Positions 8,185 to 22,007 of a stretch of 64,000 bases of DNA are shown here, piece after piece. The stretch spans positions 1,600,001-1,664,000 of the forward strand of contig CBDCXL010000002.1 of the NCBI GenBank assembly GCA_965223795.1, given 5' to 3'. A program made the translations under genes and the position numbers. The notes below the pieces were generated by a model, which saw nothing but the letters and a program-made list of their open reading frames with translations, searched no databases and was not told the DNA's origin. This DNA comes from Nitrospinales bacterium. Its GTDB lineage: Bacteria; Nitrospinota; Nitrospinia; Nitrospinales; VA-1. Each line of letters starts with the position of its first letter. Within the stretch, counting starts at the first letter, position 1.

Positions 8185-8568
8185 TTAAGTCGTTGTTGAA
8201 GGAAGGCCGGGATAAAGCCAGATCCGGCACGGGGGCTTGGCCGGGTCGGCATCCACATGGATGAAATCCGGGCCAATGCCGAGGCGTTCGAATCCCGCGG
8301 CGCACAAGGCGCGGATCAGAGAAAACCGTTCCTGGGAGGAAACGCAAGCGATGTCCACCGCCCAACCACCGAGATGCGAACTGGTCGACTTTCCTCCCAC
8401 ATTGTGGTTGTGCGGCGCGCAACGGCATCCGGATGTGACGCGGATGCGTCCGTGGTCCTTACGGGCTAATTCGAGACCCTCGAGCAAAATTTTTTCCACA
8501 TCGGCAAAGCCACAGCCGCAACGGCATGTGAATTCCGATCGGGAAAAATGTTCGGAGAGGTCTCCCAT
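8185..8568 (-). CDS. Peptidase M15 family endolysin
   Basis: HFSRSEFTCRCGCG, TSGCRC..HN..VGG...SSHL.G.AVDI, FIHVD Zn-peptidase motifs. Confidence 0.88.
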   Translation of the reverse strand: MGDLSEHFSRSEFTCRCGCGFADVEKILLEGLELARKDHGRIRVTSGCRCAPHNHNVGGKSTSSHLGGWAVDIACVSSQERFSLIRALCAAGFERLGIGPDFIHVDADPAKPPCRIWLYPGLPSTTT

Positions 8569-8589
8569 CGTTTTTATTCCACACAAACC

Positions 8590-8625
8590 AAAAAGGAAGA
8601 GAGCCGCGCCGTGCGGCGACGGCTC
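8590..8625 (-). terminator. Probable intrinsic terminator in the leader of the lysis/packaging operon
   Basis: GC-rich hairpin GAGCCG-CGCCG-TG-CGGCG-A-CGGCTC (8601-8625) followed on minus strand by TCTTCCTTTTT. Confidence 0.5.
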
Positions 8626-9102
8626 CAGAGGTCGGGAGGGCGTTCCCCGATGCGCGCCAGGGAGGGATGGCGTCGTGATTTCCTTTTTTAAAAATAAACT
8701 CCGCTTCTACAACGCTTCTTATTTTTTCTTCGCGCCGTCCACTCGATTGCCGGTCCGGCTGCAACCATACCGGCCGGAAACCCGCGCGGGGACTGGGTTT
8801 TGCCCCTCTTACTAAATACGGAAACATCAAGGTATGAAGTCTGTAAACCGTTTTATCTAAACGAAGTCAGGGTTTCTTTTTTAAGGGAAGGTCGCTGAAA
8901 AAGCGCTTTCAGGGAGGAACTGCGGATGGGACATTTTGTTATTGAATTTTGCTTGAAAAAAAACTTTTGTTTCGTTTGGACTTATTGAAATATTAAATCC
9001 TTGCTTTCTTTTTGCGGTTGCTTTTGCAAAAACGGTTTTATATATTACCCGCTACTTTCCCTCCGGCCGGTATTTATCTTTAACTTTCTTAATTTCCAAA
9101 CT

Positions 9103-10467
9103 ATGAAATCCAAAGAAATCCTTTGGCAACGATGTTTGAAGGAAATCGAGGAACAGATACTGCCGGAGAACTACACCACCTGGTTTTCTCCCACCTATCC
9201 CTACACCATCGGTGAGGATTCCCTCACCATTGCCGTGCCCAATCAATTCTATAAGAAATGTCTTGAAGAAAATTATCAGGACTTGATCGAGACCACGCTG
9301 GAATCGATCCTTAAAAATAAAATGAGTGTGGATTTTCTCGTCAACAGCGACAGTTCAAACCCGGTTGAAACCAAAGAAGAACTTCAAGAATCAAAGACTT
9401 CTGAACCGTTGATCGCGGTTGACGAAAACCGGGACAGAAAAATCCGTTCTTCGCTGAATCCGAATTTTGTGTTTTCCAGTTTTGTGGTCGGCTCGAGCAA
9501 CCAGTTTGCGCATGCGGCCGCGCTCGCGGTGGCGAACCACCCGGCGCTCACGTACAATCCCCTGTTCATCTACGGGGCGGTGGGGCTTGGAAAAACCCAT
9601 CTGCTGCACGCCATTGGAAACACCATTCTGGAAAACGACTCGCAGGCGCGGGTGCGCTACATCTCCGCCGAAAATTTTACCGTCGACCTGATCGAATCCT
9701 TAAAGAAAGACGACATGCCTTCTTTCAGGAAACGGTACCGTCCCCTGGACGTGCTATTGGTCGACGACATCCAGTTCATCGCCGGCAAGGAACGCACTCA
9801 GGAAGAATTTTTCTACACCTTCAACGCCTTGTACGAATCGCACAAGCAGGTCGTCATCTCCAGTGACAAGTATCCCAAGGACATTCACAATATGGAGGAG
9901 CGGCTGCGATCCCGGTTTGAATCCGGACTGGTCGCGGACATCAATCATCCGGACCTGGAAACGAAGGTGGCGATCCTATATAAAAAAGCCGATTTTCATA
10001 AAAAGCCGATTCCACAGGATGTGGCGATCTTCATCGCCAGCAACATCAAATCCAATATTCGTGAACTGGAAGGGCTGCTGCTCCGGATCATCGCCTACTC
10101 CACCTTCACGCACAGTGAAATCGATCTGGACCTCGCCAAAGAGGTGCTCAAGGAATTCACCTACAACAAAACGAAAAACTTCACCATCCCCACCATCATC
10201 AAAACCGTCTCCACCCACTTCAACGTGAAGGTCCCGGATCTCAAATCGAGAAAGCGTTCCCGGGACATTTCCGTGCCCCGCCAAATCGCCATGTATTTAT
10301 GCAGGGAATACACGAAGGCTTCGCTGCCTGAAATCGGGAAGCATTTTGGTGGAAAAGACCACACCACGGTGCTTTTTTCGCATAAAAAGATCACGAAAAT
10401 GGTCAGTGAAAACAATGACATGACCAAAGCTGTCCAGGAAGTGATCCAGAAAATCGAAAGTGAATAA
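9103..10467 (+). CDS. dnaA: Chromosomal replication initiator DnaA
   Basis: YNPLFIYGAVGLGKTHLL, LLVDDIQF, RLRSRF, GGKDHTTV; ATG at 9103 preferred to TTG 9001. Confidence 0.99.
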   Translation: MKSKEILWQRCLKEIEEQILPENYTTWFSPTYPYTIGEDSLTIAVPNQFYKKCLEENYQDLIETTLESILKNKMSVDFLVNSDSSNPVETKEELQESKTSEPLIAVDENRDRKIRSSLNPNFVFSSFVVGSSNQFAHAAALAVANHPALTYNPLFIYGAVGLGKTHLLHAIGNTILENDSQARVRYISAENFTVDLIESLKKDDMPSFRKRYRPLDVLLVDDIQFIAGKERTQEEFFYTFNALYESHKQVVISSDKYPKDIHNMEERLRSRFESGLVADINHPDLETKVAILYKKADFHKKPIPQDVAIFIASNIKSNIRELEGLLLRIIAYSTFTHSEIDLDLAKEVLKEFTYNKTKNFTIPTIIKTVSTHFNVKVPDLKSRKRSRDISVPRQIAMYLCREYTKASLPEIGKHFGGKDHTTVLFSHKKITKMVSENNDMTKAVQEVIQKIESE

Positions 10468-13300
<2,833 letters not shown>

Positions 13301-13385
13301 GTCTTTTTTTCATATGCGTGCGGATTGGCATGCGTTCGCTGCCAGCGAATAAAAGAATTTAATAAACCGTAACAGGAAAACATCG

Positions 13386-15803
13386 ATGCCGGAAATCGTC
13401 GAGCCGATCAATATAGACGACGAGATGCAGAGCGCGTATCTCGATTACGCGATGAGCGTCATCATCGGACGCGCGCTGCCGGATGTGCGGGACGGGCTCA
13501 AACCGGTGCACCGGCGGGTTCTGTTCGCGATGCACGAGACGGGGAATTTTTTCAACCGTCCCTATAAAAAATCCGCACGCATCGTCGGGGATGTGCTCGG
13601 TAAATACCATCCTCATGGAGAATCCGCGGTGTACGACACGATCGTGCGCCTGGCTCAGGATTTCTCACAGCGCTACACGATCGTCGACGGTCAGGGAAAT
13701 TTCGGATCGATCGACGGCGATTCGGCGGCGGCCATGCGTTACACGGAAATCCGCATGGCGGAGATCACGCAGGAGCTGCTGCGGGATCTGGAAAAAGACA
13801 CGGTCCGTTTCGACGCCAACTACGACGATTCGCTGCAGGAGCCGGTGGTGCTGCCTGCAAGCTTTCCGCAGCTTCTGGTCAACGGGGCCTCGGGAATCGC
13901 CGTCGGCATGGCGACCAATGTGCCGCCGCACAATCTGGGAGAGATCGTCGATGCCGTCATCCAGGTGATCGACAATCCGGACGTCTCCATCGACGAGTTG
14001 CTCACCATCGTTCCGGGACCGGATTTTCCCACGCGCGGCCTCATCTACGGCACCTCCGGCATCCGCTCGGCTTATCGCACGGGAAGGGGGATCATCAAGA
14101 TCCGCGCGCGCGTGGAAGTGGAGGAGATGGAAAAGCAGGACCGCGAGCGCATCGTGATCCAGGAGCTTCCCTATCAGGTCAACAAGGCGCGTCTGGTCGA
14201 AAAAATCGCCGAACTTGTGCGCGAGAAAAAACTGGAAGGGATCTCGGATCTTCGCGATGAATCCGACCGCGACGGCATCCGGGTGGTGCTGGAGCTCAAG
14301 CGCGGCACCGTCGCTCAGGTGGTGCTGAACACGCTGTATAAAAACACCCAGCTGCAGGAGACGTTCGGTGTGATCATGCTGGCCCTGGTCAACCAGCAGC
14401 CGAAGGTGCTCAATCTCAAGGAACTGCTCAAGCACTTCATTTCCTTTCGCAAGGAGGTGGTGACCCGGCGGACCCAGTTTGACCTCAAGAAAGCCCGGGA
14501 AAGAGAGCACATTCTTGAGGGTTTGAAGATCGCCATCGACAATATGGACGAAGTGGTTCGGCTGATCCGGGAATCGGAAAACCCGGCGGTGGCGAAGGAC
14601 GAATTGATGGCGCGGTTCGGCCTGTCGGAGATTCAGTCCAAGGCAATCCTGGAAATGCGCCTGCAACGGCTGACCGGCCTGGAACGGCAGAAGATCGTCG
14701 ATGACCTTGCTGCGGTGGTGAAGGAGATCGCGGAGCTGGAAAACATCCTGGCGCACGAAGAGGTCAAACTGGATATCATCCGCAAGGAACTTACCGACAT
14801 CAAAGAAAAATACGGCGATGAGCGGCGCACCGAGATCGTGGACTCGGAAGACCATTCGATCGACATCGAGGACATGATCGCCGATGAGGACACCGTGGTC
14901 GTGTATTCCCGCGGCGGGTACATCAAGCGGCAGAGTCTGGACAATTACCGCTCTCAGCGGCGCGGCGGAAAGGGCATCAAGGGCATGGACCTGCGGGAAG
15001 AAGATGTGGTTGAAAAACTGTTCATCGCCTCCACGCTGAGTTCGCTTCTGGTGTTCACCAGCACGGGGAAAGTGCACTGGCTCAAGGTGTACCAGATCCC
15101 CGAGGTCAGCCGGGTTTCGAAAGGAAAGTCGGTCGCCAACCTTCTACACCTGCAGGGTGGGGAGAAGATCACCGGCATCCTTTCGGTGCGGGAATTCAAG
15201 GAAGATAAATTCGTCATGGTCGTCACGGAAAACGGCGTCGTGAAAAAGACCTCGCTCATGGCTTACAGCAAGCCGCGCCAGGGGGGCATCATCGGCCTGA
15301 CGCTGGACGACGGCGACCGCGTGATCGGCGTCGAGTTGTGCGAGGAAAATCAGGAACTGCTGCTGGCGACGCACCAGGGGTTTTCCATCCGCTTCAATCA
15401 GGATGACGTGCGGCCGATCGGCCGTACCGGGCGCGGCGTGCGCGGCATCCGTCTGAAAGATGGAGACCGGGTGGTGGGCGCGGAAATCGTCGAGCCCGGC
15501 AACATGCTGCTCACAGTGACCGAAAACGGATACGGCAAGCGCACGCGTCTGGAAGAGTATCCTCTGCAAAACCGGGGCGGGTACGGCGTCGTGACCATCC
15601 GCTGCAATGAAAAAATCGGTCCGGTGACCGGCATCCAGCAGGTGACGGATAATGAAGAGCTATTGATCATCACCTCCGATGGAAACATCGTGCGTATGAA
15701 GGTGAACGAAATATCGGTGATCGGCAGAAACACTCAGGGCGTCCGCCTGGTGGGCGTCGGACAGGACAACCGGGTGGTCAGCGTCGAGAAACTGGTTGAG
15801 TGA
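13386..15803 (+). CDS. gyrA: DNA gyrase subunit A
   Basis: [15 protein letters not shown], GyrA-box QRRGGKG. Confidence 0.99.
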   Translation: MPEIVEPINIDDEMQSAYLDYAMSVIIGRALPDVRDGLKPVHRRVLFAMHETGNFFNRPYKKSARIVGDVLGKYHPHGESAVYDTIVRLAQDFSQRYTIVDGQGNFGSIDGDSAAAMRYTEIRMAEITQELLRDLEKDTVRFDANYDDSLQEPVVLPASFPQLLVNGASGIAVGMATNVPPHNLGEIVDAVIQVIDNPDVSIDELLTIVPGPDFPTRGLIYGTSGIRSAYRTGRGIIKIRARVEVEEMEKQDRERIVIQELPYQVNKARLVEKIAELVREKKLEGISDLRDESDRDGIRVVLELKRGTVAQVVLNTLYKNTQLQETFGVIMLALVNQQPKVLNLKELLKHFISFRKEVVTRRTQFDLKKAREREHILEGLKIAIDNMDEVVRLIRESENPAVAKDELMARFGLSEIQSKAILEMRLQRLTGLERQKIVDDLAAVVKEIAELENILAHEEVKLDIIRKELTDIKEKYGDERRTEIVDSEDHSIDIEDMIADEDTVVVYSRGGYIKRQSLDNYRSQRRGGKGIKGMDLREEDVVEKLFIASTLSSLLVFTSTGKVHWLKVYQIPEVSRVSKGKSVANLLHLQGGEKITGILSVREFKEDKFVMVVTENGVVKKTSLMAYSKPRQGGIIGLTLDDGDRVIGVELCEENQELLLATHQGFSIRFNQDDVRPIGRTGRGVRGIRLKDGDRVVGAEIVEPGNMLLTVTENGYGKRTRLEEYPLQNRGGYGVVTIRCNEKIGPVTGIQQVTDNEELLIITSDGNIVRMKVNEISVIGRNTQGVRLVGVGQDNRVVSVEKLVE

Positions 15804-16733
15804 TCCGAATCGATTGATGAACAGGCTGGGCGGGAAACACAAAGAAGAGCTGCCTGAACGGCCCGCCGCCCCCTGCTTACCGGCGCAGATCTTAGCACGG
15901 TCGGTTCCCATTCCCCGCTGTTCTCCCTTCTTTTTTTCATCTGTGATTCACGCCATTGTTTGTCTGTGCATTTTTCTGCTCGTTATTGGATGCGGCGGGG
16001 AAGGGGTCGATCCCTTGATCCAGAAAGCCAACGACGCCTGGGTCAAAGGGGCCAATCACCGGGCTGTGGAACTGTTCAAGGCGGTGTTGAAAAAAAATCC
16101 TTCCGGTCCTTCGGCGGAAGAGGCGCTGTTCCGTCTCGGGGAAATCCATCATTTCAGCCTGGGCAACAGCGCGCAGGCGATCCTGTATTTTCAGGAAGTG
16201 CTGCAGCTCAACCGGCGCGGCGCGTTCAGCCCGGATGCGCAGAAGTACATTGCGGAGATCGTGGAGTTCACGTTCAAGGATTTCGAGCAGGCCATCATCG
16301 AATACCAGAATCTGATCAACATGGCGCAAAGCACGGAAGAACGCAGCACGTATCAGTACCGGATCGCCTCCATTTATTTTAAAATGCAGAATTTCGATCA
16401 GGCGCTTGCGGAATGGGAAGTGCTTTTGAGCGAGTATCCCGGTTCCAAGTGGGCGGAGGAGTCCGAGTTCAAGGTGGTGGAAATCCTCTACACCCTGCAG
16501 CGCTGCGGCGAAGCGCGGAGCTTTTACGATCATTTCATGGAGACGTTTCCGGAGAGCAAATTCAAGAATGAGATGGAATTCGTGATGGCAAGCTGTCTGG
16601 AAGAGGAAGGCAAGCTCAACGAAGCGCTGAAGAAATTCAAGAATCTGGAAGAACATTATATTTATCCTGCGATTTTGAAGACCAAAATGGAGGGCCTCGA
16701 AAAAAGGATAAAGAAGAAGAAATCCCGGAGGAA

Positions 16734-16737
<4 letters not shown>
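15796..16737 (+). CDS. TPR-repeat lipoprotein (true start probably near GTG 15943)
   Basis: Lipobox LVIGC followed by TPR repeats ([12 protein letters not shown]...). Confidence 0.8.
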
Positions 16738-18011
<1,274 letters not shown>

Positions 18012-18135
18012 CAGGTGCACCGGTGCGGCCCGGCGGCTTGGGCCCTGCTCTGCCCCCGCAAGCCTCCTCGAAATTCGCCTCGAACAGCGCGCTTGACATT
18101 TATAATGAAGTGGATAACTATTAGACTACGCTTCA

Positions 18136-18221
18136 GGAGGGATGGCCGAGTGGTTTAAGGCGGCGGTCTTGAAAACCGTTGAACGAAAGTTCCGTGGGTT
18201 CGAATCCTACTCCCTCCGCCA
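18136..18221 (+). tRNA. tRNA-Ser (anticodon TGA)
   Basis: Cloverleaf, loop CTTGAAA, long variable arm, TTCGAAT, CCA end; TTGACA at 18093 upstream. Confidence 0.97.
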
Positions 18222-18379
18222 GCGTGCCGCTGGACCAGACATCGACGTGCGATGGGCTTACGGGCAGCGTACGCGGATCGTTGGCGGAGATTTTCCAAGT
18301 ATCTGGATTTTGCAAATTCTTCCCCATGAACGATTTTCGAGACTATCGTAAATCGCTCATCGGTAAGGATTTACAGTCC

Positions 18380-18473
<94 letters not shown>

Positions 18474-18528
18474 AAATTCCCCCTGAATGCAGGGTCCTTG
18501 GAGAATTTTTTTTAGAGATCGCAGCGTC

Positions 18529-19146
18529 ATGACACAACAAGCCAAAAAGAATCGCGGATTTTCCCGGATGGCTGCCGTGTTCGCCCTGTTTTTGCTTTTT
18601 TCCGGCTGCAGCGGGAGCAATGCGGAAGCGCCTGTGGAAGCAAAACAGGAAAGCGGATCGGCCGCTCAGATTGAAGGGTCGAAGTCCAAGCCACTGGGAG
18701 ACGGTCCCCGGTTCAGCGAGGGATCCGGCAGCCAGGAGGAAGTGTCGCATCCGCAATTGACCGAGGGAGAAAAAGTCCACCGGCTGGTTGTGATCCCCAA
18801 GGTGGTTCAGGGAAAATGGAAAGCGGTCAAGATCCTCGTCAAGGACAAGGCGGACGAGGAAAACACGGCGATGAAAACGGTCGAGCTGGGATCGCATTTT
18901 CTTCTGGGAGACTCGGGGCTCAAAGTTTCGGTGGGGCCGTTTTTCCCGAATTTCGTCATGGGCAAGGACACCTACACCTCCATGAACAACAAGCCGATCA
19001 ATCCCGCGGTGCAGCTGATCGTTGAAGATCAGGGCAAAATCGTATACAAGGGATGGGCCTTTTCCCGGCATCCGACGCTTTACGCTTTCGAACACGAAAG
19101 GTATGCGCTGGAGCTTAAGGATTTCATCGCGAGCGAAGTGTCCTGA
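18529..19146 (+). CDS. DUF2155-like lipoprotein
   Basis: Lipobox FSGC; C-terminal YKGWAFSRHPTLYAFEHERY resembles DUF2155. Confidence 0.7.
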   Translation: MTQQAKKNRGFSRMAAVFALFLLFSGCSGSNAEAPVEAKQESGSAAQIEGSKSKPLGDGPRFSEGSGSQEEVSHPQLTEGEKVHRLVVIPKVVQGKWKAVKILVKDKADEENTAMKTVELGSHFLLGDSGLKVSVGPFFPNFVMGKDTYTSMNNKPINPAVQLIVEDQGKIVYKGWAFSRHPTLYAFEHERYALELKDFIASEVS

Positions 19147-19214
19147 CCCCGTAGGGGATCAGCGCCACCCGGATCGCAGCGAAGTCCGGGAACGACAGGA
19201 ATTTTTAATAGCAG

Positions 19215-19288
19215 GCGCCCATAGCTCAGCTGGATAGAGCGACGGTTTGCGGAACCGTAGGTCGGAGGTTCGAGTCCTCTTGGGCGTA
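19215..19288 (+). tRNA. tRNA-Arg (anticodon GCG), no encoded CCA
   Basis: Anticodon stem ACGGT/ACCGT with loop TTGCGGA; Arg-type D loop CTGGATA. Confidence 0.93.
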
Positions 19289-19339
19289 TTTTTTTCATCC
19301 GGCATCCTGTAAATCAGGAGCGCCGGGAGTGCGGTAAAT

Positions 19340-19431
19340 GGAGAGGTGGCCGAGTGGTCGAAGGCGGTTGACTCGAAATCAATTGTCCCCTTTCTGGGGG
19401 ACCGGGGGTTCGAATCCCTCCCTCTCCGCCA
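19340..19431 (+). tRNA. tRNA-Ser (anticodon CGA)
   Basis: Loop CTCGAAA, long variable arm, CCA end. Confidence 0.97.
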
Positions 19432-19503
19432 GCGTCACGCTGACGCACGTTTCCCTGCGATGGAACAGCGAATGAGGCAGCGGAACCCCCGCCGCTCTTG
19501 CGA

Positions 19504-19527
19504 AAGGAAGTAAGGAAGTAAGGAAGT
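19504..19527 (+). repeat. Tandem repeat (AAGGAAGT)x3
   Basis: Direct reading. Confidence 0.9.
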
Positions 19528-19543
19528 TTTGAAAATTGACTCA

Positions 19544-19610
19544 GGAGAGATGAGCGAGTGATTCAGAATCACTCTTGAACAGGGTGCGGGATGCCAATCC
19601 CTCCCTCTCC
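19544..19610 (+). pseudogene. Degenerate tRNA-Ser-like remnant
   Basis: 5' GGAGAGATG..CGAGTG and 3' AATCCCTCCCTCTCC match neighbouring Ser tRNAs; core arms decayed. Confidence 0.6.
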
Positions 19611-19627
19611 CTCACTTAAAAATATTT

Positions 19628-19715
19628 GGAGAGGTGGCCGAGCGGCTGAAGGCGCACGCTTGGAAAGCGTGTGTAGGCTAAACCCCTACCGAGGGTTCGA
19701 ATCCCTCCCTCTCCG
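19628..19715 (+). tRNA. tRNA-Ser (anticodon GGA), no encoded CCA
   Basis: Loop TTGGAAA, long variable arm. Confidence 0.96.
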
Positions 19716-19733
19716 TGGAAATCAGTTCGAATT

Positions 19734-19844
19734 GGCAGATTTGTTGGGCCTCACGCAACCTGGCTTTGTGAACCCCGTCAGATCCGGAAGGAAGCAGCGG
19801 TAGCAAATACCCTGGTGTGCTGTGAGTTCCCCAACAATTCTGCC
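19734..19844 (+). ncRNA. ffs: Signal recognition particle RNA (small 4.5S type)
   Basis: Core TCAGATCCGGAAGGAAGCAGC in a long hairpin closed by GGCAGA/TCTGCC; directly upstream of dnaX. Confidence 0.95.
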
Positions 19845-19884
19845 TTGAAACACGCCCCACCTTCGGCTTTCCCGCGACGGTCCT

Positions 19885-21519
19885 ATGGAATTCAAGGTCT
19901 CGGCTCGAAAATGGCGGCCGCAAAAATTCAGTGAGCTGATCGGACAGGAGCACATCGTCCGGACCTTGAAGAACGCCCTGGAGATGGACCGCATTTCCCA
20001 TGCGTACCTGTTTTCCGGAACCCGCGGCGTGGGCAAGACCACGACGGCGCGCATTCTGGCGAAAGCGCTCAACTGCACCGAGCCGGAAGGGGTCGAGCCC
20101 TGCGATCACTGCGCGGCGTGCGTCGAGATCCGCGAAGGTGCGAGCATCGATGTGCGCGAGATCGACGGCGCGTCGAACAACGGCGTCGCGGAAGTGCGGG
20201 ATCTCATCGAAAACGTGCAGTACGCCACCTCTTCGCTGAAGCACAAGGTCTACATCATCGATGAAGTGCACATGCTCTCCAAAAGCGCGTTCAACGCGCT
20301 TTTGAAAACGCTGGAAGAGCCGCCCGAGCGCGTGGTCTTTGTCTTTGCGACCACCGAGCTGATCAAGATTCCCGAGACCATCCTTTCGCGCTGCCAGTGT
20401 TTCGAATTCAAACCGCTGTCGCATAAGCAGATCGTCGAGCAGCTGGAACTCATCTGCAAGCAGGAGGGCATCGGTATCGAAACCGTGAGCCTGGAAGCGA
20501 TTTCGAAAAACGGTTCGGGCAGCATGCGCGACGCGCAGAGCCTGCTGGATCAGGTGATCGCTTTCAGCGGGCAGACGGTGACGGCCGATTCGGTGGAGAC
20601 GGTGCTCGGCATCGTCAGCCAGGAAGCGATGCGGTTGTTTGTGGACCGGGTGATCGAAAAGGACGCTTCGGCGTTGATCGCGCAGGTGCAGGAAATCGTC
20701 GGTTCGGGAAAAGACCTGCATTATTTCTGCCGCGATCTCACCGCGTACTTCCGCAATCTGATGATGATCCGGGTCGCAAAAAATCCGCAATCGGTTCTCG
20801 ATCCGCACACCAGCTCGCTTGACGTTCTCAAGCAACAGGCGGAAGCGTTCGATGCGGATTCGCTGCAGCAGATGTTCGCCGTGTTGTGCCGCGCCGAGGA
20901 CGCCATGCGCCGCACCTCGATGGCGCAGTGGGTGTTCGAGATGGCGGTGCTGAGGCTTCTGGATGCGCGTCCGTATCAAAACATCGACGCGCTGATCGAC
21001 CGGATCGATCGCGCACAGCCGGAAGGAGCCGTTGAAACCAGCGGCAACGGCCCTGCGGCAGTGGTTGAAAGGCCGGTTGCGCGGCCGGCCGGGGAGGCGC
21101 AAAATGAAAACGGTCCACAGGCCGCGGCCGAGGGCGGATTTTCCTGGCAGCGGATGCAGGAGGCCATTCTCAAGCGGAAGAAACTGTTCGGACATTACCT
21201 CACCCAGTGCCGGGTCGATTCGGTGGACGCGTCTACGCTTTGCATCGGCGTTTCCGATTCCATGACGAAAAGCATGATGGAGCAGCCGGATAATCTCAAG
21301 CTGCTCAAGGAAGCGGCGCAACAGGTGAACGGCGAGGCGATGGAAGTGACGTTGAAATTGATCTCCAGGGAATCGCCGGGACGCGAAGCACCGGCAACCG
21401 GTGCGAACCCGAAAAAAAAAAATTCCATTGACCCTGGAGGGCAGGGGTTGGGAGAGAAATCGGAATCCGAAATCATTCAGGAGGCGCTGGATATTTTCGG
21501 AGGCGTCGTCGTGCGCTGA
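19885..21519 (+). CDS. dnaX: DNA polymerase III subunit gamma/tau
   Basis: ARKWRPQ, GTRGVGKTT, IIDEVHML, SRC motif. Confidence 0.99.
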   Translation: MEFKVSARKWRPQKFSELIGQEHIVRTLKNALEMDRISHAYLFSGTRGVGKTTTARILAKALNCTEPEGVEPCDHCAACVEIREGASIDVREIDGASNNGVAEVRDLIENVQYATSSLKHKVYIIDEVHMLSKSAFNALLKTLEEPPERVVFVFATTELIKIPETILSRCQCFEFKPLSHKQIVEQLELICKQEGIGIETVSLEAISKNGSGSMRDAQSLLDQVIAFSGQTVTADSVETVLGIVSQEAMRLFVDRVIEKDASALIAQVQEIVGSGKDLHYFCRDLTAYFRNLMMIRVAKNPQSVLDPHTSSLDVLKQQAEAFDADSLQQMFAVLCRAEDAMRRTSMAQWVFEMAVLRLLDARPYQNIDALIDRIDRAQPEGAVETSGNGPAAVVERPVARPAGEAQNENGPQAAAEGGFSWQRMQEAILKRKKLFGHYLTQCRVDSVDASTLCIGVSDSMTKSMMEQPDNLKLLKEAAQQVNGEAMEVTLKLISRESPGREAPATGANPKKKNSIDPGGQGLGEKSESEIIQEALDIFGGVVVR

Positions 21520-21548
21520 CCCAATAACTGCGAGCTTGGTGTAAAAGC

Positions 21549-21872
21549 ATGGATACAAACTGGATGTCCCTGTTCAAACAGGCGAAGGAGCTGCAGTCCC
21601 GTATCGCGGACATACAGCAGCAACTGGCGGGAAAAACCGTGGAGGCCACCACCGGAGGCGGGATGGTGAAGATCAAGGCCAACGGTCTCAACCAGATTAT
21701 TTCCATCGACATCGACGAGGAACTCATCAACATGCAGGATCGGGAAGTGCTCGAAGACCTGATCGTCGCCGCCACCAACGAAGTTCAGAAAAAAGTCAAG
21801 GAGCTGGCGCAGGAAGAAACGGCGCGGCTCACCGGCGGTCTGAAAATTCCGGGGCTGTTTCCGGGGACGTGA
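21549..21872 (+). CDS. ybaB: YbaB/EbfC nucleoid-associated protein
   Basis: GGGMVKI, LEDLIVAA; dnaX-ybaB-recR synteny. Confidence 0.95.
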   Translation: MDTNWMSLFKQAKELQSRIADIQQQLAGKTVEATTGGGMVKIKANGLNQIISIDIDEELINMQDREVLEDLIVAATNEVQKKVKELAQEETARLTGGLKIPGLFPGT

Positions 21873-22007
21873 CGGGCGCTTGCCCTTTGCGTTTGGGAGA
21901 CAAGGGTTTTTTTATACCGTCGAATTTTCTTTGGGCTCTTGATTCTAAGTGTGAAAAGGACTGCCGCGTGAAATTTAAAGTGCCCCCAATCCGGGTTTGA
22001 TGCGTCT

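Larger units (their letters stand above)
413..8625. mobile_element. Integrase-less defective prophage / GTA-like remnant
   Basis: Repressor, terminase, partial portal and lysis cassette between etfB and dnaA; no integrase, capsid or tail genes seen. Confidence 0.75.

Noticed and set aside
8459..8830. 123-aa ORF upstream of the endolysin
   Set aside because: No recognisable motif, overlaps the endolysin out of frame and spans a terminator-like hairpin; more likely leader sequence
18136..18221. tRNA with 'TGA' anticodon as possible selenocysteine or suppressor tRNA
   Set aside because: Anticodon TGA reads UCA (Ser); tRNA-Sec would have TCA and an 8-bp acceptor stem
19504..19527. Short direct repeats as a CRISPR array
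   Set aside because: 8-bp tandem units without spacers; no cas genes or repeat-spacer arrays seen anywhere in the window
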